The notes beneath the pieces were generated by a model. The model was not told the DNA's origin and made no database searches. It worked only from the letters and a program-made list of their open reading frames with translations. DNA of 64,000 nt, from positions 19,792 to 83,791 of the forward strand of contig JAVVGL010000006.1 of the NCBI GenBank assembly GCA_032249135.1. Reading direction: 5' to 3'. Position 1 is the first letter of the stretch; the number at the start of each line of letters is the position of its first letter. The position numbers were made by a program, and so were the translations under genes. The stretch comes from Candidatus Calescibacterium sp. GTDB taxonomy: Bacteria; Calescibacteriota; Calescibacteriia; Calescibacteriales; Calescibacteriaceae. Positions 38,801 through 45,820 of this stretch are shown here, piece after piece.

Positions 38801-38827
38801 AAAAAAACGGTAAAAAGAAAGAAATGA
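32879..38827 (+). CDS. Giant Cys-rich secreted surface protein 1 (~1982 aa) with NIDO-like modules, two C-terminal Y_Y_Y/Ig-like domains and a Cys-motif/TM/polybasic C-terminal signal
   Basis: It is a single uninterrupted ORF. The signal peptide is MTEQKKLGAILLNIFIVLSLPLIIKGEE (the ORF track uses TTG 32855). I hand-counted about 84 Cys. Details are given in the findings. Confidence 0.85.
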   Translation: MTEQKKLGAILLNIFIVLSLPLIIKGEEIKRGDTDNQYETKGENTYDQYDEQRIMRELELLPILSLERTRRETGRAGRMYIGFADEVFRGRIIPKVVPKTATLAIDGIGCGISTGNIIGPSSTWGQSFQARWGYEVLNVGCPNDDAGWCDDKDWPAPSACVDANRDYICDCGWGGCVGGCDDINAPDCGYRERLGDMTGEFEGLLQYVAERLKEALVQRDLRILVNKSLCGKGSCVDTPWPLDHLCLTVNQDPTDNANIRERCWAPSKPLDPWVVYYNKTFVEVFPNPGKGTIDVILLLWAEGGVPGDPQGIPVSNRSNGNTNPSSDVCVELRLCGDSSGGGAFYADAIAIKASLYLVVQDNLVDVCVKDTELDIINSHVYLEGCVAGCFCDANPESPPLGNQSLSDEGLEETLGASIAPGIDNFLHGNCPGDRALSLCPKVAFRGWGYRGPCAPSIGCSFDATTGEMSCTCQVCPENNSYGPCPPGSVQCTHGIFPIDLNELLGGRSFSVTQYCGRPQHFAGENAAHLDPLKCWPGHYKAGDPTPPPPFNNPLTWYGTMSCGKGIYDIGCYMSKPPILTGTGCSAQIDAAIRPRDLSQSCSEMSFDGYPASPTFSGTSGFVVRAAFDADNYTPEPLLFPQSVPAAGTNCNIQGDGVDDDNGYCSVSIPFTFNFYFGSYTSMCISTNGFVRFGAAGADCGDATPDPIPYTNTPNAWAGPMWADLSIENEYLYYVSEVVPATWIDAYSCRIMGAMDVGASAGDPLDDTLVGNVNSACAGSNICGVSSLCNDEHSEPSYTTYNDCSYNQSIGWSFPFFGSNFSNVCISSNGIIYFRNDGICPAGALNIPTSPAAGGPNYSIAVVWKDLDPLTMTSDEDCSGCASCSFLCTGHDRHRGEFNGFGSVYKHYISGTCPTSGGSCSALVITWYRVVDFNVQPNNADNCSDNNDSNADCTNYAAGRDWCEVREGSNLYDCGCNPDCGAYGGCNATDDSNCRRICRCCIQGCQDQARAGQPNEWEAYKRQVQNTNTFQVVLWQDGTIDINVKEFTDTAGSCNGTTPRARMFLKQNSSRYIELSIAPNKSYRIFPLGYANTVCGTGRVIYGSGTCTRTTGSGTANCVRVRWENVHVKGQGICITMEARIMQDYTGTGAGAGSNYDIVFFMERFEVPIASLSPEQRKQLARLSDFTRSPGVENAAGDVGAYAYIPPDGNGLVMRWQGPWTYWIGVGISQDLMTDASNMLYSGVMCLSANVGGVNTADTQKYYDIFTTILPFNLSSADSAKTLFPFITNYCDPDGQVELRMKPSGVTQASARTGLQIPSVLIAGSTLDTFPYEGALGISVPQTCTEWGFSRCADVVFSFPNFKAEIWCHKNNLPTFAWIKDGITGPPTYVLGITSDWFIGADIEYAYISTGISMQAKLQDASGGNEYVYVKIADVSCAIASGDILEYWIRVDPATRRCALDAYFSGGGVLRNVPGLTDQNGIPAHPDGNLQTFCPDPNCTKTAPNTSCRCPVQDWYRRRISLSSFAGQTLQELAIGVEEDANGGYSCQIMGIKVLNSSGGVKCSFSGLRDMGIWARGGISSMQRYSYSVAGNTIGDIFIFADVKPNPRQIQSSVLLPSQIIGGIADIFGDILSGWLQGRIRTKFNIPLEINMPLHFVFKKVKPQGPDIQTDETNFNPWLSYGYPPGNIAPDYLVIYIDRFLGNIDVVSLMMGGLSLAPPAPYRRSQVSTSELISFDIPECSGKGEKCVLTPDVAKKYFTNFGPNNVNLRFGGGVIKYSWRKNGSMWKLPNSAAQSTLDIGTLLEGPNIIEIAPILDDGYFYDENPVILAIYMDTQPPYVSLRGGRELETGIMYFSGVPVFVLEYYDMSGEVFWSYKIDDGEWSEWIKGGVDNNGSGTGRIKADVSKGTHVLYLKLKDKWGNETSISKPFYFAKEGVFGCSSLSEVEVQEIVWKGISFAIFFFPVLVVVLMVKRNGKKTVKRKK
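38678..38824 (+). other. C-terminal tripartite sorting-signal-like segment (GVFGCS motif, TM helix, polybasic tail)
   Basis: The tail reads GVFGCSSLSEVEVQEIVWKGISFAIFFFPVLVVVLMVKRNGKKTVKRKK*. The Cys codon is at 38690-38692. Confidence 0.6.
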
Positions 38828-38882
38828 TAGAAGGAAAAGGAGAGCCAAAAGAAGAAGATTAATAGATAAATAAAATAGATAA

Positions 38883-40169
38883 ATGATTTTCGGTTTAGTC
38901 TTTACCGCAAGTCTTATAAGGGGAATATTAGAAATACTACTTCTGACAAAAATAAGAGATATTCGGGAAATTTTTCCTTTTTTGTCTTTTTGGATTATTT
39001 GGTATTTTGTAGTCTTTTATACTGCATCAGCTATCATAAGCTTTTTTGCAAAAGAAAAGCTTGAAGATGTCATGAAGTTCATTTCAAAGTTTTTCTTTTT
39101 GATTATTTTGCCACCTATTGTAGATAGATTTTTGTTTGGAAGAACACAGCCTTATTTTTATGAAAAACCAGAAGATATTCTGAAACATTTTTTCTCTTTT
39201 TTCCTCACAACAGAAAGAGTAGGTAAGGCTTTGGTTTTGAATGTTCTTTTCATTCATTTTTTTGTCTTTTTGTACACTTTTTTTGTTGTCTTCAAAAAAG
39301 AGAGGGTTTTCTCAAATTTTTCAAGGGCGTTCCTCAAAGCGTTCGCAAGAGCTCTTTTATGTTTCATCTCACTTTATACTGCTTCAAGTTTTTACGCGGT
39401 AGGAGGGTTTTTACCCGTAATTTTCCCTCTTGTTCCTATACTACCCTCGGTAGCTATACCATTTTATAATTCTGTTCATGGTTTTTTCTTTTCTGTTTTA
39501 CTTTTTTTTCTGTTTTTTATAACACAAGCTGAAAAGTTGAAATTAGCCAAAACAAATCTAAAAAACTTTCTTTCTTTTCTTCATAGTTTTGGGTTTAATG
39601 CAAAATATATCATACCTTTTTTGAGCGGATACATATTTTCTGGTTTTGGGATTTGGTATTTACCTACATTTTTTTATGTAGGTATTTCTGTTTTGTTTTT
39701 TGATGGCTTCAAAAGGGGCTCACAAATTTTTTTCCCTATTTTAGCAATAGCTTTATTTTCGCCTTACATCCTTGTTTCTTTCCTTATTTTAGTTTTGCTT
39801 CGCTACATCAGAGAGTTTTTTATTAAGGAGTTGGAGAGTGAGGATTTGGGGGAGCGTTTTTGGAACTTGAGCTTGGTTGTTTCGTTTTTCATGGGTTATG
39901 CGGCAGGAAAAATATATATTTTCTTCATTATAGATTTATTCCTTACTTTGTTTTTTTTATGTTTAGCTTTATTTTTGAATAATTTATATCTTTCTTTTTT
40001 GGGTTTTGTTCCGTTTTTGATTTTAGGAAAACCAGAATTTATTTTCCTATCTTTTGTTGGATATATAGTTTGTGTTTTATCTCAAAGGTACTGGAAATAT
40101 GCAGTTTTGGCTAGTGTAGCTTTGATTTACTTTGTTCTGAAAAATTTAGAGTTTTGGTTTGGATTGTAA
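38883..40169 (+). CDS. Uncharacterised polytopic membrane protein (428 aa)
   Basis: It has at least 10 predicted hydrophobic helices and is F/L/I-rich. It lies 55 nt downstream of giant gene 1 on the same strand. I recognised no family motif. Confidence 0.7.
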   Translation: MIFGLVFTASLIRGILEILLLTKIRDIREIFPFLSFWIIWYFVVFYTASAIISFFAKEKLEDVMKFISKFFFLIILPPIVDRFLFGRTQPYFYEKPEDILKHFFSFFLTTERVGKALVLNVLFIHFFVFLYTFFVVFKKERVFSNFSRAFLKAFARALLCFISLYTASSFYAVGGFLPVIFPLVPILPSVAIPFYNSVHGFFFSVLLFFLFFITQAEKLKLAKTNLKNFLSFLHSFGFNAKYIIPFLSGYIFSGFGIWYLPTFFYVGISVLFFDGFKRGSQIFFPILAIALFSPYILVSFLILVLLRYIREFFIKELESEDLGERFWNLSLVVSFFMGYAAGKIYIFFIIDLFLTLFFLCLALFLNNLYLSFLGFVPFLILGKPEFIFLSFVGYIVCVLSQRYWKYAVLASVALIYFVLKNLEFWFGL

Positions 40170-40184
40170 AAAAAATAAGGAATT

Positions 40185-42635
40185 TCACCTATTTCCTACA
40201 AGAAAAGAGGTTATGGAATCTGATAAGTTTATATTTCTTTTTTTTAGAGCCTTTTGAATTATGGCTAAAACATCGCTCAAATCTTGTAGATCTGGATTTT
40301 TCCATCCACATACCGCTTGAATTTCGTTCTGAATTTCTTCGCTTTGAGCAAAATTTAATGCCCAACACTTTTCTATAATAAAAGAGCCAGAAAAAGATGG
40401 GTCTTTGAACTTCGCATAAATTGCCCCCGCTATTCCATCTTTTTTCAGCACATCAAAATGCTCAGTATCTTCGTCGTCTTTTTCAAAATCTATTTGAAAT
40501 ACTGGAACTATTCCTTGCTCAGTAAATTGTAAAGCTGTTTCTGGTAGGTAATCACGCAGTGGCTTTGTTATAAACTTTGATAAACTTATTTTTATGAATG
40601 TTATAGGGAGTTGGAATTGCGGTAAAGGAAAGAAATTTATGAGTTCTGATACCTCAACAAATTCTGATTCTACTTTATCAAAAAAATCAAGCGTTTTCAC
40701 AAGGTCAAATGGAACTTGAGCGAAATAAATTTTTTTGTTCTCTGTGTTCTTGCATATTACATTTTCAGAGGGACAAATTGGAGCATTATCATATGCTTTC
40801 CCAAGTTCTATTTTTGCTCTTTCAAGATTCTCTTTGAACGAATTTACAAGTTCGTTCACATCTACACCTTCTTTGAAATAAAGAGATTTATCAGAAAATG
40901 TTGAAGGTATAATTTTTATTGTCTCAGGACTCACTTGACCTTGAACGATTTTTTTCAATCTTTCTTTGAAATCAAGATTATGACTTAGGATATATTTTGT
41001 TATTCCGTAAATGAGCCTTGTGATTGCAGATATAAAATTTGCTTCTGCATATCCAAAGTATCCAGATGTAATGAAAAAATCAATTTTCTCTGGAGTTGTC
41101 CATCGCGCATTCTGAACCCTCTCGTAAATATCAGAAAGTTTTGAATGCAAATACTCTACTATATCAAGTCCAAAGCTCGGTATCTGTCCCCCAATTACGC
41201 TTTTTACATCAATTATTATACCTATGATGTTAGATTCAGGTTGACGCCCAAACCTTCTTTCAAACTCATCAAGATACTTTATGCTTATTTTCAAATCCTT
41301 CTTTAATGATTTCAGCATGTAAGATATTATGCAATCTTTTTCATCCTCTTCACACAAAAATATTTTGAGATTGAGGTTTTCTCCATAAGGTACGATCAAA
41401 TCAAAGAAAGGGAAAAAGCCGTCTTTTTCTACCGTCAAAGTTATCCCATAAGGATACATTTTGACAACAACTATAAATTCTCCGGAGCTATCTGTTATTT
41501 TCTCTTCGCTTCCTTCACCAATAATTACTTTTGCCCCCGGGATTGGATTACCTTTTGAATCAAAAACTTTACCGGTTATGAGAATTCCCGATGAAAGAAC
41601 AATTTGAACTTGCGAGCTTTCCTCAGTCGGAGTTATAGAAACCTGCTCTGGGAAAAATCCCTGCTTCATCGCATATAAAACTCGTGGTTTTTGAGCGGGC
41701 AAATTCATATACGCTATACCGTCGCTCCAAGATGACATCGCAAGAAAATCATCTCCAGCATAAATTATTACTCCTCCTTGACCATCTTCTGAAATTGCCT
41801 TTACCAGAAGTGTAATTTGAGGGAAAGACAAACCAGAAAATGGGTCTGTTCCTTTTTTGATTTCAAAATCGTTATCATATCCATCTCCATCTGCGTCAAA
41901 ATCTTTTTCATTTGGAATTGAATCAGAATCTAAATCTTTTGGATTGAAAGGAATATCATATTTGAACTCATGTGTTATGGAGCAGGGGAAGTTAAATATG
42001 AACCAGTTTTGAGTTATAAACCTGAAACTTGCTCGCTGATTCTTACTCCACGAAAATAAGTCCGGAGGACATATTATGGGAGCGAATTTTTCAGGGTTCT
42101 GAATAGGTGGTTCATCAAGAACAGTATCTCCGGTTATTACAACATCTACCGAGTTTATTATAATTCCTGCATCTTGCAATTCGGAAAAGATTATTTTGTG
42201 TTTGCCATAAGGTGCGTAGAGTGTATATTTTCCATCTTCTTTTACGGGTGCAAAAAATGGTAAGAATGCAACTCCAACGAGTTTGGGAAATCCCCGGAAA
42301 TATGCTCCTCCCCATATTTTTGCTGCACCTGTTATATTTATGTTAAAATGTGTATCTTTTGTGATTTCAATTTCATCTGAGAACGCAAGATTGTCTTTTT
42401 TTGCGTAAATGAGGTATTTGCCTTTTTTTAAGCTGAATTTGAAATTCCCATTTATATCGGTCTTTTGCGGTGGTGCTCCAACTATTCCTACTTCTGCTTG
42501 AATTACCGGTTCATCTCCATACAGAACTTTGCCTTCAAGTATAAAATACTCCTTTTTCCCGCAAAAAGAAAGAAAGTTTAAGGCAATAAGACAAAAGGAT
42601 ATTACTATTAGTTTCTTTTTGTTTCCAAATTTCAC
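40185..42635 (-). CDS. Exported protein/lipoprotein with CarboxypepD_reg-like domains and a TSP3-like Ca-binding D-rich segment
   Basis: The signal ends in FLSFCG. CarboxypepD_reg-like beta-sandwich segments are present (GKVLYGDEPVIQAEVGIVG...TDINGNFKF and ITGKVFDSKGNPIPGAKVIIG...TDSSGEFIV). There is a DLDSDSIPNEKDFDADGDGYDNDFE segment. The C-terminal ~370 aa has no motif I recognise. Confidence 0.7.
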   Translation of the reverse strand: MKFGNKKKLIVISFCLIALNFLSFCGKKEYFILEGKVLYGDEPVIQAEVGIVGAPPQKTDINGNFKFSLKKGKYLIYAKKDNLAFSDEIEITKDTHFNINITGAAKIWGGAYFRGFPKLVGVAFLPFFAPVKEDGKYTLYAPYGKHKIIFSELQDAGIIINSVDVVITGDTVLDEPPIQNPEKFAPIICPPDLFSWSKNQRASFRFITQNWFIFNFPCSITHEFKYDIPFNPKDLDSDSIPNEKDFDADGDGYDNDFEIKKGTDPFSGLSFPQITLLVKAISEDGQGGVIIYAGDDFLAMSSWSDGIAYMNLPAQKPRVLYAMKQGFFPEQVSITPTEESSQVQIVLSSGILITGKVFDSKGNPIPGAKVIIGEGSEEKITDSSGEFIVVVKMYPYGITLTVEKDGFFPFFDLIVPYGENLNLKIFLCEEDEKDCIISYMLKSLKKDLKISIKYLDEFERRFGRQPESNIIGIIIDVKSVIGGQIPSFGLDIVEYLHSKLSDIYERVQNARWTTPEKIDFFITSGYFGYAEANFISAITRLIYGITKYILSHNLDFKERLKKIVQGQVSPETIKIIPSTFSDKSLYFKEGVDVNELVNSFKENLERAKIELGKAYDNAPICPSENVICKNTENKKIYFAQVPFDLVKTLDFFDKVESEFVEVSELINFFPLPQFQLPITFIKISLSKFITKPLRDYLPETALQFTEQGIVPVFQIDFEKDDEDTEHFDVLKKDGIAGAIYAKFKDPSFSGSFIIEKCWALNFAQSEEIQNEIQAVCGWKNPDLQDLSDVLAIIQKALKKRNINLSDSITSFLVGNR

Positions 42636-42755
42636 TTATGTAAAAATTTTAGTTCTAAAATTTATTTTTGTTATTACTTTTTTTCTTTTTATATTTTTGA
42701 TTAAGCCGAGATTTATTTTTTTATTTTTTTGTTTGTTTTTTGTTTGTTTTTTGTT

Positions 42756-43436
42756 ATGAATTTTGTTTTATATGAGTCAGCGATTTGTGTTTTGATTTCA
42801 GCTTTCGGTCTTGCTTCAACAAGGTTCAAGTTTTTGGAGCTCAAACACTATGTTTTTATTGTTTTTATATCTGCTCTTTTGGTTCTTACAAGATACTTTT
42901 TCTCAAAACAAGAGAGCAGAATAAGGCTTTTGTCTCTTCCATCATCTCTTTTGCTGATTTTTCTTTCTTTGCCATCTCCGAAGCTTTTTTTAATTTCATT
43001 TGTTGCGCTTTACATTTTTTCAATTGAGATATTTTCTCCTTTTGAGTTTGGAAAAAAAATTCCTTTCTTGATAAAACCTGTTATTTTTGTAGTTTTTTAT
43101 TTTTTGGGGTTTTACTATGTTGCAAATCCATTTTCTTTTGCAACTTATGATGCTCTTTATTATGCTCTTTTGATTGCAATTTTCGGCTTATTTTTTTCAC
43201 TATCACAAAAACATTTTGCTTTCGGATTCCCGGCAGTTTTGACTTTTCCCATCTTCCACTCATCTTTACCTGTTATAGCACTATCTGGACTTACTCTTTT
43301 ATCTTTATTTTTTATGAGAAAAGAGAAAAAGAACTTTTTGCCCTCTGTTTTATCTTTGTTTTTTCTCGTCTTTTTTATCTTGTACCTTTATGATGCACAA
43401 AGTATGCTCCCAGCAGGAGCTATATATATTTTTTAA
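42756..43436 (+). CDS. Uncharacterised polytopic membrane protein (~226 aa)
   Basis: It has about 7 hydrophobic helices and lies immediately upstream of the tandem Lgt-like genes on the same strand. The start is uncertain (ATG 42756, or TTG 42729 in the ORF track). Confidence 0.6.
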   Translation: MNFVLYESAICVLISAFGLASTRFKFLELKHYVFIVFISALLVLTRYFFSKQESRIRLLSLPSSLLLIFLSLPSPKLFLISFVALYIFSIEIFSPFEFGKKIPFLIKPVIFVVFYFLGFYYVANPFSFATYDALYYALLIAIFGLFFSLSQKHFAFGFPAVLTFPIFHSSLPVIALSGLTLLSLFFMRKEKKNFLPSVLSLFFLVFFILYLYDAQSMLPAGAIYIF

Positions 43437-43482
43437 TTGATATATATTTTTTGATTGATTTGATTTTTTTGCTAACTAATAT

Positions 43483-44193
43483 ATGTTGCCGCTTATACAT
43501 TTGGGGTATGGAATATACATTCCTATATATCCTATTGCAACTGCTATTTCAATATCTTTGGTAGCTTACCTTATTTTAAGGGAGGATGATAGATTTGCAG
43601 TTGAACTTGGGTTCTTTATTGTGTCTTTTATTTTATCTTCAAGAATTTTTTTGGGAAAGAAAATTCTGAATTTTTGGGAGAGCGGATATTCTCTCATGAC
43701 GGGGGTAAGTATATCTTTCCCCCTCACACTTATTTTTCTTCTTATAAGAAAAAAAGATTTTTTATATTTTTTTGACCTGTGCTCAAAATATGCTCCGGTG
43801 GGACTTGCCACACACAGAATATTCGGATGTTTCCTTGCAGGATGCTGTTGGGGAGTTCCAAGCTCTTTTGGTCTTGTGCCTCATCCTTGGTCACTTGCAT
43901 TCAAATATACTGGATACCAAAAACTTTTCCCAGTCCAGATTTTTGAAGGTTTGTGGTGGGTGATTTCTTTTTTCCTTGTGAATAAATCAAAAGACAAAAC
44001 ATTAACTTTTCTCCTTTGCCTTTTTATATCAAGACTATTTGAATATCTGAGGGGAGATATTGACCTTTTTTTCTACATAGGTAGAATAAAAGTTTCATTT
44101 TATCAGATTTTGGCAGCTTTTTTACTCTTATCTACCGCAGCAGTAAAATTTTTATTGAGTAAGAGAAAAGAAAAAAATAAAGGGAAAAATTAA
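43483..44193 (+). CDS. Prolipoprotein diacylglyceryl transferase (Lgt)-family paralog 1, divergent
   Basis: It is polytopic. WESGYS (compare W-x-G-G of Lgt), HRIFGCFLAGCCWGVPS (compare GR-x-GCF-x-NGCC-x-G of many Lgt) and FEYLRGD (compare the F-x-R-x-D C-terminal block) are present. At 236 aa it is shorter than typical Lgt. Confidence 0.6.
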   Translation: MLPLIHLGYGIYIPIYPIATAISISLVAYLILREDDRFAVELGFFIVSFILSSRIFLGKKILNFWESGYSLMTGVSISFPLTLIFLLIRKKDFLYFFDLCSKYAPVGLATHRIFGCFLAGCCWGVPSSFGLVPHPWSLAFKYTGYQKLFPVQIFEGLWWVISFFLVNKSKDKTLTFLLCLFISRLFEYLRGDIDLFFYIGRIKVSFYQILAAFLLLSTAAVKFLLSKRKEKNKGKN

Positions 44194-44210
44194 AGAAAAG
44201 AAAGAAAAAA

Positions 44211-44966
44211 ATGTTTCCTGTTTTGTTTCAAGTTGAAAACTTCAAATTTTATACTTCGTTTCTCACTTTACCTTTGGTATCTTTGGTTTTCATTATTTTT
44301 AGCTGGAAAAGACTGAAAGAAATAGGATATAAAGATACTGAGATAGGTCAAATTATGATTTTGATATTTGTTTCGTGGGCTGTTTTCTCACGCTTATATC
44401 TTATAGGTAAAATACCTTTCTTGCAACTTATTTCTGTTTGGGAAGGGGGACACTCTATGATACTGGGAATAATTGGACCGATGATTATAACGCTTGTATA
44501 TTTGCTTTTGAGAAAGAAAACAATTTCTGATTTTTTTGATGCTATGGTACCTACCATAGCTTTATCGTTGGCTCTGTATAGAATTTTTGTTTGTTTTCTT
44601 GTGGGTTGTTGTTTTGGTAAGCCTTTCAGGTTTGGTTTGGTGTTTCACGAAAATTCGGCTGCCTATCTTTATTTTGGTTCAAAGCCCATTCACATCACAC
44701 AAATTTATGAGGCTTTCTTTATGGGATTAACTTTCTTTTTACTTGAGAAAATCAAATTCAAAGAAAAGGGAGATAAAACCTTGTTTTTTCTTTTCATGCT
44801 ATCTTTAATGAGGCTTGTAGTAGATAATTTCAGAGGAGATATAAAAGAGTTTATGATAAAGTTTGAGATTTTTGAGTTGCAGGGAATAACTTTATGGCAG
44901 GTCTTATCTATTTTTCTTTTTTTGTGCGGGGTTTTTTGGTTAAGAGTTCTCAAGATAAGAACATAA
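44211..44966 (+). CDS. Prolipoprotein diacylglyceryl transferase (Lgt)-family paralog 2, divergent
   Basis: VWEGGHSMILGIIG, YRIFVCFLVGCCFGKPFRFGLVF and VDNFRGD are present. It is collinear with paralog 1 over its whole length. Confidence 0.65.
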   Translation: MFPVLFQVENFKFYTSFLTLPLVSLVFIIFSWKRLKEIGYKDTEIGQIMILIFVSWAVFSRLYLIGKIPFLQLISVWEGGHSMILGIIGPMIITLVYLLLRKKTISDFFDAMVPTIALSLALYRIFVCFLVGCCFGKPFRFGLVFHENSAAYLYFGSKPIHITQIYEAFFMGLTFFLLEKIKFKEKGDKTLFFLFMLSLMRLVVDNFRGDIKEFMIKFEIFELQGITLWQVLSIFLFLCGVFWLRVLKIRT

Positions 44967-45003
44967 TTTTTGCGTGTGGATAAATTTCAAAACAACCATC
45001 GTA

Positions 45004-45684
45004 TCAGACTAACTTTTTAAAATCTGTCCCAATCAAATATTCAGGTTTTATTTTGTGTATTTCATCAGGGGAAAAAAAATCAAATAAATCAGGTTGGGTG
45101 AAAAAAAGCTCTGTGAGGTATTTTGCTCCTAACTCTGCTGGAACTACTCTTTCTATATCTAAACTTGATATTAAATTTTCTCCTCCACACAAAAATATCC
45201 TTTCTTTTTCTTTTTTTATCTTTATTTCTTCTTTTTTTTCATCTATATCAAATTCGTATTCTGCGCAATAGAAAATATTTTTTTTTCCACTGAAAAGATG
45301 AAACTTTATTGTTTCCTTTTCAAGGAATTTCCCTAAAAAAAGGGCTATCCATCTGAAAGTTAGGGTAGTGTAAATGGGTATTTTTAACGCAAAGCTTATA
45401 CCCTGTGCATAAGCAATCAAAGCTCTCAAAGCCGTAAATGAACCCGGACCCCGAGCTAATACAATCTTGTTTATATCATCAAACCTCACGCCTGATATTT
45501 TCAGAGCAGAATTTACTACATCTGCTATAAATTTTGTTCCATAAAATTTTTCTGATGATACTGAACTTTGAACTTCTATTTCTTTTTTTCGTTCATTAGC
45601 TATTGCAACAGAAATTGTGTTTGAAAAACTAAAATCAAAAAAAATTGTTCTTTCTTTTCCCAACATAAAATCAGATAAAAACAC
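45004..45684 (-). CDS. tsaB: tRNA t6A37 threonylcarbamoyl-transfer protein TsaB (YeaZ)
   Basis: It has the RGPGSFTALRALIAYAQGISFALKIPIY block and an N-terminal ASKHA-like IFFDFSFSNTISVAI. The start may be Met-7. Confidence 0.8.
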   Translation of the reverse strand: MFLSDFMLGKERTIFFDFSFSNTISVAIANERKKEIEVQSSVSSEKFYGTKFIADVVNSALKISGVRFDDINKIVLARGPGSFTALRALIAYAQGISFALKIPIYTTLTFRWIALFLGKFLEKETIKFHLFSGKKNIFYCAEYEFDIDEKKEEIKIKKEKERIFLCGGENLISSLDIERVVPAELGAKYLTELFFTQPDLFDFFSPDEIHKIKPEYLIGTDFKKLV

Positions 45685-45786
45685 CGAAAATAACCTATTT
45701 TTTACATAGGTATATTAATTCTTTTAAACTCGTTAAAATCGGGATTTTTTTTTCAGGAATGATTATATTTTTTTTTGTAAAAAAGG

Positions 45787-45803
45787 AGTGATTATATTAT
45801 AAA
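45787..45803 (+). promoter_or_regulatory. Candidate -10 region upstream of giant gene 2
   Basis: The sequence aGTGATTATATTATAAAt contains TG-n-TTATAT, TATTAT and TATAAA options 18-30 nt upstream of ATG 45821. The strong SD AAGGGGGT would lie in the short leader. A near copy (aATGATTATATT) is at 45758-45769. Confidence 0.3.
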
Positions 45804-45820
45804 TAAGGGGGTAAAAGTAT

